Origin: Octopus sinensis
Lineage: Eukaryota
Direction of reading: 5' to 3'
Assembly (NCBI RefSeq): GCF_006345805.1
Contig: NW_021824779.1
Span: forward strand, 1-18,110
Length of the DNA stretch: 18,110 bases
Below the pieces are notes generated by a model. The model was given only the letters and a program-made list of their open reading frames with translations, was not told where the DNA came from and did no database searches. Of this stretch, positions 8,731 through 18,110 are shown in pieces. The position numbers and the translations under genes are program-made. Positions within the stretch are counted from its first letter, which is position 1. Each line of letters begins with the position of its first letter.

Positions 8731-8780
8731 AGCAGGCTTTAAAAAATGTAATGGTTTTGGTTTAAATGACCAAAAATTCT

Positions 8781-8829
8781 TTAAGGCGCTGCTCCAACAC
8801 GGTCGCAGTCTAATGGCTGAAACAAGTAA
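8781..8829 (+). mobile_element. Isolated SINE family A 3' end
   Basis: aaggcgctgctccaacacggtcgcagtctaatggctgaaacaagtaa matches the family A tail. Confidence 0.75.
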
Positions 8830-9515
8830 GTGCGCTAAAAGCGAGGAACAGGATGAAATTAAATGGAGATGAATTAGGAAATTAATGAGTTGGAAACGTA
8901 TTAAACAATATATTGTTGGAAATCAGGTGAATGACGGTGAGCGGATGAAATTCTGACCGGATCAGTTGATAGCAGTATGGGGTCCTTTGATAGTGTAGAG
9001 GTATGCGATTGTTGTTGCCGGCATTGACTTAACAAAGCTAAAATCAAAGACGTTCCTACCAGTACCATCGCATCAATGTTCCGCAAATTGTGAAAGTAGC
9101 ATATTATTAAGTATTGTGTTATATTTTAAAGACAGAAGAGAGTAATTTGAGGGAAATCTTTGAGTGTTATTTTTAGCCGGACAAATTCCACGTAGAGGGT
9201 CTCTTATGTTCGCATAATGAGACGCTGTAGGTTATGAAGGTTGTGTTATTAAATACAAGGGGTGTTAATGGTATTCTGAGGGAGGTGGTTGGTTGTCATA
9301 CCAATAGGAAGTGTAAAGGTAGTCTGGGGTAGATATTTGACTGTTAGTGCCGCGAGGGACGTTGAGTTGTGAAAGTTGTGTTCTTCGATACAGAAAGTGT
9401 AAAAAATGTGTATTCTGCTGTCTTATGTTATTTTTTATATTTTTCTTTTATTCCTTCGCTTTTAGCCATACCAAAAATACCGATAAGTATCGATCCATTG
9501 TCATGTAGAAGTTTC

Positions 9516-9729
9516 GGTAGTGGCGGTGATGGTGGTGTTTATGGTGGTGGCGGTGGTGGTGGTAGTGGTGGTTGTGGTTGTTACCGTGACAGCGGTGGCA
9601 ATGGCGGTGGTGTTTGGTTGTAGTGGCGTTGAGATTGCTGTGATACTAGTGATGGTCGATGTGATGGTGATGGTGGTGGTGGTGGTGGTGGTGGTGTGGT
9701 GGTGGTGGTGGTGGTGGTGGTGGTGGTGT
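9516..9729. repeat. Degenerate-to-pure (GGT)n repeat
   Basis: Visible; directly abuts the downstream break of the LINE fragment. Confidence 0.95.
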
Positions 9730-10850
9730 CCTGGTAGTTTCTTGGAGGTAGGCATTGATCCTGGGTTGCTATGATAAACCCTTTTGTCTCTGATTTTAAG
9801 CTAGAGGCCATTAACCATTGATGGGTAAGGACTTTGTCAACATCAACATTATTAGCTCTCTTTGGGTATTTGCCATTGAGAGGTTTTTCTTGCCATTTAT
9901 CAGTAAGAATATCCAAGGCAGCAGTTTTAGCACGGGTTTTCATAAATTTGCCTTTTTCTGCGCTAGTTTTCAGTACATTTGCCTGTCTTGTTACTGAGTA
10001 GTATGCGGTTTTCTTGTTTTCGTAATTCAAGCTAAGTTTTAGCATCCAGTCATCCGAATTTTTCCGATAAGGCCACTTATGGCAATCTTCATTGTCAATT
10101 CCAGCAGCAAGAGTCCACGACCACCCTCTTTACTTCGCAGGTAAAGTCACCTGAGAGTAGTGTATTCTATTCATTGTCAACAGTTTTCGAATTTTTGGTC
10201 AAGCTTACATATTTCAGTAATTGACCAGTTAATAATATTAAAACTGTAAGTCACAACCGCTGTGGCTAAAGTATTAATCGCTTCGATTGTATTTCTTGCA
10301 TTCAGCTCTGTCTTGAGTATTGCCCTTAACCTGCGATAACGTTCCTTTCTGATCTTTTCCCTCAACATTGAATGACTGATACCATCACCTTCAAATACCC
10401 CTAAGTATTTGTAACCTTCCTCTGGTTATAACTCCTTTATAACATTCTCTTGGTCAAGTTTAACGTTGGATGTTTCTGTCAGATTCACTCTGATAGAGGT
10501 AGCTTTTGTGCATTTATCTAAACCAAATTCCATTCTGATGTTACCTATTCAACTGTTTTACAATTGCTAGTAGACCCTGTAGTTGCTGGTAATTTTTTGC
10601 GAAAACCTTTAAATCATCCATGTAAAAGAGATGATTTATAGTTTTGTTAAACATTTTACAGCCATATTGTGCTTCATCGAGCAATTTGGAAAGAGGTATT
10701 AAGGCTAGACAAAAGAGGAGTAATGGATACAGAGTCACCCAGGAAAATGGCACATGAAATTCTTACATTCCCAGAATTCAACGATTCATTCTCACTATTC
10801 AAAGCTACTGTAGTTTTCCGTGAATACTTACAGATAAGAAGATTCGCAGA
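9730..10850 (-). pseudogene. Decayed non-LTR retrotransposon ORF fragment, R4/Dong-like clade (RT domain and downstream region)
   Basis: Motifs in order across frameshifts and stops: ISCAIFLGDS (GIFQGDS-like), LLFCLALIPLS, INHLFYMDDLKVFAKN, IRMEFGLDKC, YKYLG, ELNARNTIEAINTLA, YSFNIINW, LYLRSKEGGRGL, WQEKPLNG, SETKGFIIATQDQCL..RNYQ. Truncated at both ends. Confidence 0.92.
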
Positions 10851-10851
10851 A

Positions 10852-10908
10852 TTATGATAATAATAATAATAATAATAATAATAATTATTATTATTATTAT
10901 TATTATTA

Positions 10909-10955
<47 letters not shown>
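10852..10955. repeat. (TAA)n switching to (TTA)n
   Basis: Visible; the strand switch is at ~10883. Confidence 0.96.
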
Positions 10956-10956
<1 letters not shown>

Positions 10957-11161
10957 TTTTATTTTTATTTCCTGTTTATCCGTTTCGAATAAATTCCTTT
11001 CCTTATCTTTAAAGTGCAACCTCTTCACAAGACGTTAATGTTTGTAATTTGTCTCTATTTGATGGTTGTCTTATGTTCCACACTTACCAATTTCTTGCTA
11101 TATAAGAACATCATTCCACTCCTTTAGTAACTGTTTTGTTTCCTTTCCATATTCTTTATTC

Positions 11162-11445
11162 TCATCATCATCATCATCATCATCATTATTATTATTATTA
11201 TTGTTATTGTTATTGTTCTTCTTCTTCTTCTTCTTCTTATTATTATTATTATTATGCTGGTGTTTGTCGTACTAAATAATTTTGTACATTATCTATATTT
11301 GATGTTTCCCTCTTTTAATTGCATAATTTTAAAATACTCCTCTCTCTCTCTCTTTCTATCAATCTCTCTCTCTCTCTATTTCTCTCAGTCTCTCCCCCTT
11401 CTTTCGCTCTTTATTTCTCTCTCTCACTCACTCTCGCTCTCTTTC
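11162..11445. repeat. (CAT)n/(TAT)n/(CTT)n and (CT)n simple repeats
   Basis: Visible runs at 11162-11254 and 11338-11445. Confidence 0.93.
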
Positions 11446-11519
11446 ACCCATTAGATTTATTCATGCATGAACGCATCTCGTTATTGGCAGTAATACACTG
11501 GAAACACTGAAATTTACTT

Positions 11520-12082
11520 ACACAAACACACATACACACACATATATAAATAAATAAATATATATATACATATATATATTTATATATATATAGGTATATA
11601 TATATGTGTGTGTGTATGTGTGTACGTATATATATATATGTGTACATATAAATATATATATAAACTTACATATATATAAAAGTATATATATATATATGTA
11701 TATGTCTCTATATATACATATATATATTTACATATATATATATAATATATATATAATATATATATTATCTATATATTATATATACGTATAATATACGTAT
11801 ATATTATATATGTATATGCAAATATATATGACTATATATATATATATATTTACATATACATATATACTATATATATGTGTGTATATGTATATACATGTAC
11901 ATATATATATACACTTACATATTTATAGATATATATTATATATGCATATATATATATATGTACATATGTATATATGTATGTATATATATGTATATATATA
12001 TCTATATATATGTCTATCTATATATATATATATATGTGTGTGTGAGTGCATATATGTATATATACACACGCACCTATGTGTG
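11520..12082. repeat. Long degenerate (TA)n/(CA)n/(TG)n tract
   Basis: About 560 bp of alternating purine-pyrimidine low-complexity sequence. Confidence 0.95.
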
Positions 12083-12447
12083 CGAAACGTGTAGCTTCAT
12101 ATTATATGGATATTTTAAAACATAAATATATGTTAATTCATATCGCATTTTTGTGGTGAAAAACATGAAAGCATCTTTATAAATAGGCTGACGTTTACAT
12201 TGTATATAAAATAATGTGGTGTGTGTGTGTGTGTGTGATCTATGTGTATGGAGACACAGAAACTGAGTGGAAACTGTTTATTATATTAACGGATAATGTT
12301 ATCAGCGGATTATTGTGACCCAGTTATTGTTATCGAAAAGTTATCGCTGTACATCCAATGTATAACATGTATGCACGCGCTCGCGCATACAAACATTTAC
12401 ACATCTATGTAGGGTGATGATGATGATGATGATGATGGTGCTGGATT

Positions 12448-12481
<34 letters not shown>

Positions 12482-12547
12482 AACAGTTTTTCAAGTCACC
12501 CTTAAACACGACAGGGTTGTGTCGATGGATTTGATTTTAAAAGATAA

Positions 12548-12965
12548 CTTTACTCTTTTACTCTTTTACTCTTTTACTTGTTTCAGTCATTTGACTGCGA
12601 CCATGCTGGAGCATCGCCTTTAGTCGAGCAAATCGACCCCGATACTTATTCTTTTTGTAAGCCCAGTACTTATTCTATCGGTCACTTTTTGCCGAATCGC
12701 TAAGTGACGGGGACGTAAACACACCAGCATCGGTTGTCAAGCAAAGCTAGGGGAACAAACACAGACACACAAACACACACACATACATATATATATATAT
12801 ACGACAGGCTTCTTTCAGTTTCCGTCTACCAAATCCACTCACAAGGCATTGGTCGACCCGGGGCTATAGTAGAAGACACTTGCCCAAGATGCCACGCAGT
12901 GGGACTGAACCCGGAACCATGTGGTTGGTTAGCAAGCTACTTACCACACAGCCACTCCTGCGCCT
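12548..12965 (-). mobile_element. Full-length SINE family A with (AGTAAAAG)n tail
   Basis: Minus strand starts aggcgcaggagtggctgtgtggtaagtagc, has a B-box-like GGTTCAGTCCC, an internal (TA)/(TG) microsatellite, and ends gactgaaacaagtaaaag-agtaaaag-agtaaaag. Confidence 0.94.
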
Positions 12966-13197
12966 ATTTGAACAGATTCAAAATATATGAGCAACTTCCA
13001 CCAATATCAAGCACCACAGAAAAAGCAGTCGTTATTGTTGTTACTGTTGTTGTTTACGTTCTTTAACACTTATCCATGAGGGTGTACATGAGAGCTGAAC
13101 CTGAGGACTACGTAGTCGCAAGGTGGACTTCTTAACCGCACAATCAGAGTTCGAATTACGTGCCGAAAGGAAAGGAAAGAAAAAAATGTTGATTTCA

Positions 13198-13282
13198 GTT
13201 GGATTTGAACTCAGAATGTATAGAGTCGGGGAAAATTCTGCAAAGCGTTTTTTTTTTCTGAGACTTTAATGATTCTGCCAAC
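13198..13282 (-). mobile_element. Diverged SINE family B head fragment
   Basis: ggatttgaactcagaatgta...aatgattctgcca resembles the reverse complement of 6771-6842. Confidence 0.55.
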
Positions 13283-13786
13283 ACACAAGCTTCGTAATTA
13301 ATATAATCATTAGTAATTGGTACGGTTATATTTTAGGAGACGTATGCCCCAGAGTCAACCAATCATGAGGTTGAATTCTACGGTGTTACAAAATTTCACT
13401 GAACCTAAACAAACGTGGATTCTTTTTATACTTCTTCAAGGGTTTATATTTTCAAACAAATTATGGAGAGTGCACACACACACACACACACACACACACC
13501 ACGGGGATATAAAATTAGGTTCTTTTCACTTCTCGCTCAGTACGTTTCGATAGCGGGGCAATTTATTTCCACGCGGTGTATTACATATGATCATAGGCTT
13601 GGGAACAGGTGGCACAGGGGGTGAAAGCACCCCCACCGCTAAAATTGCAATGAAAACGCTTTGAACATCCTCTTTAAAAACTTCATTGTCAAAAACGAAC
13701 GAGCGTTGAAACACTTTTGAACTGATTTCGAACATTACTTCTCCATTATTCGATTTATCTCATGTGATTGAAGTGCATATGATAAA

Positions 13787-13857
<71 letters not shown>

Positions 13858-13884
13858 TCATAATAATAATAATAATATATTATA

Positions 13885-13952
<68 letters not shown>

Positions 13953-14140
13953 AAATAATAATAATAACAATAATAATAATAACATAATAATATAATAATA
14001 ATAATATAATAATAGTAATAACAACACAACAACAATAATAATAATAATAATAATAATATATAATAATATTATTATTATTTTATTATTATTATTATTTTAT
14101 TATTATTATTATTAATATCAATTATTATATCATTATTATT
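13787..14140. repeat. (TAA)n/(TTA)n array with several strand switches
   Basis: Visible; orientation flips near 13880, 13950 and 14068. Confidence 0.96.
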
Positions 14141-14363
14141 TTTTTTTTTTCCTTCTTTCTTCAAATTTTCTTCCGTTTCTCGCCGGGTGTTTTCCGTACA
14201 CCTAGGGCAGAGAAGCTCATTGTATGCATTCCCAGATTACACACGCAAATTCACAGACAAAATATGTATTTAAAAAAATTAATGAATAAATAAAGTCATG
14301 AATGGATGTTGTTTTCACTGCGATAGTGCTCTTCTCAGTACATGAGCCGTTCCAGTTAACACG
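14139..14363 (-). mobile_element. Severely 5'-truncated R4/Dong-like LINE 3' end inside a (TAA)n array
   Basis: Minus strand 14362-14315 translates VLTGTAHVLRRALSQ*, matching the typical C-terminus (LLGTAxILRxVL) of R4/Dong restriction-like-endonuclease ORFs. A ~165-nt 3' UTR and an A-run follow, running into (TAA)n. Confidence 0.8.
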
Positions 14364-14364
<1 letters not shown>

Positions 14365-14411
<47 letters not shown>

Positions 14412-14465
14412 ATTATTATTATTATTATTACTATTATTATTATTATTATCATTATTATTATTATT
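14365..14465. repeat. (TTA)n
   Basis: Visible. Confidence 0.97.
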
Positions 14466-14868
14466 GAGTGAGAGAGCAGTTCATGCCATCAAAGTGACAC
14501 TGGGGTAAAATATACGAAGCCCAATATACCCATCATGACTACCCATCTGATAAAGGTACACCAGGCACATGCATCACAACCATATGTGCGCGACATGGTG
14601 ATCTCATATCAAGATAAACAGCTCATGACCTTGCGGGTGGGACCCAGTTAGAATTTTCTTCAGCTTGAGTAACCCATCCCGCTCAAAAGGTCCCTGAATA
14701 AGGATTATTTAAGGATGTTGAAAGAACCACCCATGTTTCCAGGGGTGAATTATTCAAACCCCAAAGAATCCCTCATAACACATGGCTATGATGCTCCCCC
14801 ACTACTTCTGCTCGTGATCAGAGATGCACATATCGTCAGCCACTAAGGGAAATGCTCAACTGGTTGAG
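14466..14868. mobile_element. Unclassified ~400-bp non-coding insertion within (TTA)n
   Basis: Complex, more GC-balanced sequence with sharp borders to pure (TTA)n on both sides. No recognisable ORF, pol III boxes or TIRs. Confidence 0.6.
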
Positions 14869-14891
14869 TATTATTATTATTATTATTATTA

Positions 14892-14965
<74 letters not shown>

Positions 14966-14982
14966 ATTATTATTATTATTAT
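14869..14982. repeat. (TTA)n
   Basis: Visible. Confidence 0.97.
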
Positions 14983-15151
14983 ACCTGTGTATGTATTACG
15001 ATTTTACAACTGGAAAAAATCGACCTTGTTTGTAAAAAAAATTGGATCTGAGTTTGCTCTCCGCCTGCAAATTTCGTTCCAGCACTTATAATATGATATG
15101 AGATTACATGACTTGCATTACACATTATACTTCATTTTTAGCCATTTGATG

Positions 15152-15169
15152 CACACACACACACACACA

Positions 15170-15254
<85 letters not shown>

Positions 15255-15275
15255 GCACTTATATACATATATATG
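15152..15275. repeat. (CA)n/(TA)n microsatellite
   Basis: Visible. Confidence 0.96.
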
Positions 15276-15621
15276 TTAATCATTATTCATTTTTATTTCA
15301 AGATTTCTTGCCAATAGAGGAAGAACCAGTTTCTAACCTTTGATCGAAAGCTCCTTCATTGGAATTTCAACATCAACAACTGGGTATTTTTGCATGTATG
15401 CATGTATATATGTATGCATGTGTGTATATAAACGAACATGTGGACAAGAATACGATCTCTCGTGTTTTGTTATATTTCCTCCATATACTCTGTGACATAC
15501 TTAAACTCCGGATTCATACCAAATAATATGCTTTCAATATCACCATCAGAAATACACATAAATTGGATATCGCTAGCCACTAAACCATTTTTATTTTCTT
15601 TCTCTGCTTATTTCTGTGTTC

Positions 15622-15658
15622 CTTTCTGACGAAGAGCGTAGGCTCGAAACCCAAAAAG
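15622..15658 (+). ncRNA. Minimal hammerhead ribozyme motif, probably inactivated
   Basis: cttt-CTGACGA-a-GAGC-gtag-GCTC-GAAAC-cca-aaaag: intact core, 4-bp stem II, weak stem I (cttt/aaag). The expected NUH triplet reads CCA. Confidence 0.6.
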
Positions 15659-15751
15659 ACTTTCTCACTTCCCGAGCGTAAATCTAATACATCTGTTTGT
15701 TGTTTATACACCCGTCTTCATGTTTTTTTTTGTTAATTCTCACTATATATA

Positions 15752-15782
15752 ATGTGTGTGTGTGCGTGTATGTATGTCTATG

Positions 15783-15870
<88 letters not shown>
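15752..15870. repeat. (TG)n/(TA)n/(GA)n compound microsatellite
   Basis: Visible. Confidence 0.95.
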
Positions 15871-15872
<2 letters not shown>

Positions 15873-16144
15873 GGAAGGGAGTAGATAAAATTCGGACTAC
15901 ATATGTTTCATAGCGAGCGGAAGCTCAGAAGCGGTGAATATCCAAACGAGGCTAGTCTTCAGGCCAAGGGTATCGAATCCTCTGTATATTAACAGGGGTC
16001 TCCTGACTACTAAACTTCATCTAATTAAGATACCCCTGGCCTGAACAGTGGCCTGTGGTTAACACCTCGCTTGGATGGTTACTACTTCCGAGGATCCGCT
16101 CGCTATGAAAACATGTGTAACCCGGATTTTGTCTACTCCATTCC
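15873..16144. mobile_element. MITE-like element with ~80-bp imperfect terminal inverted repeats and an inner inverted repeat
   Basis: ggagtagataaaattcggactacatatgtttcatagcgagcgga...atccaaacgagg versus cctcgcttggat...tccgctcgctatgaaaacatgtgtaacccggattttgtctactcc; inner pair ttcaggccaagggtatc / gatacccctggcctgaa. Confidence 0.85.
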
Positions 16145-16360
16145 TTAATTCATGAATTTTTATTCACATACCCGGAAACCCTGGCTGCCTACTGAGAAAT
16201 ATAAAGTAATCTTTATTCAGTTTATCGTACTGCGATACGGAAAGAATCCGCAAGCTTCAACCCCGATAAACCACTGAAAGTTGTTTTTTTCTTTTTTATA
16301 TATTTTCTACGAATTACTTGAAGCTCACTTTCTTCCTATACCCTGATCGTTGGAACTTAC

Positions 16361-16407
<47 letters not shown>

Positions 16408-16410
16408 GCA

Positions 16411-16625
16411 TTTTTTTTACTACCCACAAGGGGCTAAACACAGAGAGGACAAACAAGGACAGACAAACGGATTAAGTCGATTACATCGACCCCAGCGCGT
16501 AACTGGTACTTAATTTATCGATTCCGAAAGGATGAAAGGCAAAGTTGACCTCGGCGGAATTTGAACTCGGAACGTAACGACAGAAGAAGTACAGCTACGC
16601 ATTTCGCCCGGCGTGCTAACGTTTC

Positions 16626-16627
<2 letters not shown>
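16411..16627 (-). mobile_element. SINE family B copy
   Basis: Reverse complement of 6761-6982 (gaaacgttagcacgccgggcgaaatgc...gagttcaaattccgccgaggtcaactttgcctttcatcctttcg...ccttgtggg). Confidence 0.9.
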
Positions 16628-16704
<77 letters not shown>

Positions 16705-16717
16705 ACATACAAATGAA

Positions 16718-16768
<51 letters not shown>
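16628..16768. repeat. (TA)n separating two divergently oriented SINEs
   Basis: Visible. Confidence 0.96.
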
Positions 16769-16769
<1 letters not shown>

Positions 16770-16770
<1 letters not shown>

Positions 16771-17160
16771 GGCACAGCGTGGCTATGTGGCAAGAAGCTT
16801 GCTTCCCAACCACATGGTTCTAAGTTCAATTCCACTGTGTGGCACCTTGGGTAAATATCATCTAATATAGCCTCAGGATGACCAAAGCCTTGTGAGTGGA
16901 TTTGGGAGATGGAAACTGAAAGAAGCCCATCATATGCATGTTTATATTTGTATGTGTCTGTGTTTGTCCCCCACCAGAGCTTGAATATCGATATTAGTGT
17001 GTTTATGTTCCCGTAACTTAGCGGATTGGCAAAAGTGACTAATAGAATAAGTACTAGACTTACAAAAAACAAGTCCTGGGGTCGAATTGTTCGTCTAAAG
17101 GCGGTTCTCCACTATGGCTACAGTCAAAATGACTGAAACAAGTATAAGCATAAAAGAATA
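16770..17160 (+). mobile_element. Full-length, more diverged SINE family A
   Basis: aggcacagcgtggctatgtggcaagaagc...aagttcaattcc...ccttgggtaaatatc...gactgaaacaagtataagcataaaagaata. Confidence 0.92.
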
Positions 17161-17219
17161 TTTATGTGTATATATATATATACACACGCATACACACAGA
17201 CACACACATATACACACAA

Positions 17220-17372
17220 TTGCAACGTGGAAGGTGTTTATAAGTCATTTCAAAATACACAAAAACCGTTAGATTCACTTCAAAAACTTAATTTAATTTG
17301 TCAAAATATTTTCGTCGCTTTGAAACCGCGACCTGTTGAAGTGAATCTAAAGGTTTTTGTGCGTCTTTAAAT
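17220..17372. mobile_element. Fold-back element fragment (37-bp arms) with a hammerhead-like 3' half in the spacer
   Basis: Arms 17247-17283 (..cacaaaaaccgttagattcacttcaa) and 17336-17372 (ttgaagtgaatctaaaggtttttgtg..). The spacer on the minus strand reads aaca-g-GTCGC-ggtttcaaa-GCGAC-GAAA-atat-TT-tgacaaa. Confidence 0.6.
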
Positions 17373-17469
17373 AGCACTCAGGTTTATGCATCCAGACTTA
17401 CACTCCTTCATGAACACATTTACTCTCGCTTTTCCTCTTTCTTCCACGCGTACCGTCATTCTTTCACAT

Positions 17470-17608
17470 ACACCCATACACACACTCACACACGCACGTA
17501 TATATATATATATATATATAGTATATACTATATATATTATATATATATACAGAGAGAGAGAGAGAGAGATACATATATAGATATAGATATATAGATATAT
17601 GCATACAC
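17470..17608. repeat. (CA)n/(TA)n/(GA)n/(TAGATA)n compound microsatellite
   Basis: Visible. Confidence 0.93.
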
Positions 17609-17678
17609 ATTTATATTATAACCAAATACACAAGAATAGAGGAAAAGAATGTAGTTAATCCGAGATAAAAGCCACGAT

Positions 17679-17783
17679 AGCAGCAGCAGCAGCAACAGCA
17701 ACAGAAGCAACAGCAGCAGTAGCAGCAGCAGCAACAACAACAACAACAACAGCAGCAACAGCAACGACAACAACTTGAGCAAC
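17679..17783. repeat. (CAG)n/(CAA)n repeat
   Basis: Visible; no supporting coding context. Confidence 0.93.
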
Positions 17784-17864
17784 AAAACCAATTTCAATTG
17801 AAATTTTTGTTTCTTGCGGTATTTCTAACAATTTCTTTCTACTACTGTTGTTAGTGACAATGTA

Positions 17865-18110
17865 ATTGTTGTTGATGTTGTGGTAGCGCTAGTGGTGGAG
17901 GTGGTGGTGGTGGTGGCGGTGGTGGTGGTGGTGGTGGTGGTGGTGGTGGTGGTGGTGGTGGTGGTGGTGGTGGTGGTGGTGGTGGTGGTGGTGGTCTTGG
18001 TAGTGGTCATGGTGGTGGGGGTGTTCGTCGTCGTTGTCGTGGTTGTGGTGGTGATGGTGGTGATACTGGCGATGGTGGCAGCGGTGGGAGTGGTGATGGT
18101 GATGGTGGTG
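17865..18110. repeat. (GGT)n and degenerate derivatives
   Basis: Visible to the end of the window. Confidence 0.95.

Noticed and set aside
12570-12605. SINE tail stem + GAAAC-AA-GTA resembling a hammerhead 3' half
   Set aside because: No CUGANGA-like core or stem I upstream in any copy. It is better explained as the LINE-recognition stem-loop.
13592-13640. GC-rich hairpin ggggtg-aaag-cacccc, possibly a DNA transposon end
   Set aside because: No partner terminus or TSD found.
14730-14860. HDV-like ribozyme suggested by ..agcca-CTAA-GGGA
   Set aside because: I could not place P1/P3/L3 in the required nested order and spacing.
17679-17783. Polyglutamine coding exon
   Set aside because: In-frame stops flank and interrupt the CAG/CAA frame, and there is no splice or coding context.
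1882-18010. Most ORFs in the track (poly-YI, CV, HT, poly-I/Y/L/T/V)
   Set aside because: They are translations of microsatellites or SINE bodies. Only the ORFs within 9730-10850 show protein-family motifs.

Overview
AT-rich, microsatellite-dense eukaryotic non-coding DNA (intronic or intergenic). The SINE repertoire and simple-repeat load fit an octopus/coleoid cephalopod genome best; this is an inference from repeat families. I cannot support any intact host gene: nearly all listed ORFs are translations of microsatellites or SINEs. The window is a mosaic of several tRNA-derived SINE families, a decayed R4/Dong-type non-LTR retrotransposon RT fragment (9730-10850, minus), a separate R4/Dong 3' end inside a (TAA)n array, a non-autonomous Helitron-like element (813-1962), a ~445-bp tandem duplication and five fold-back (palindromic) elements. 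The most notable signal is a 131-bp palindrome at 2051-2181 made of two divergent copies of a minimal type I hammerhead ribozyme motif with a variant core (CCGACGA instead of CUGANGA). Further hammerhead-like motifs or relics lie at ~15626, ~17300, ~4461 and ~387. Together these suggest non-coding, Penelope-like ribozyme-bearing fold-back elements.
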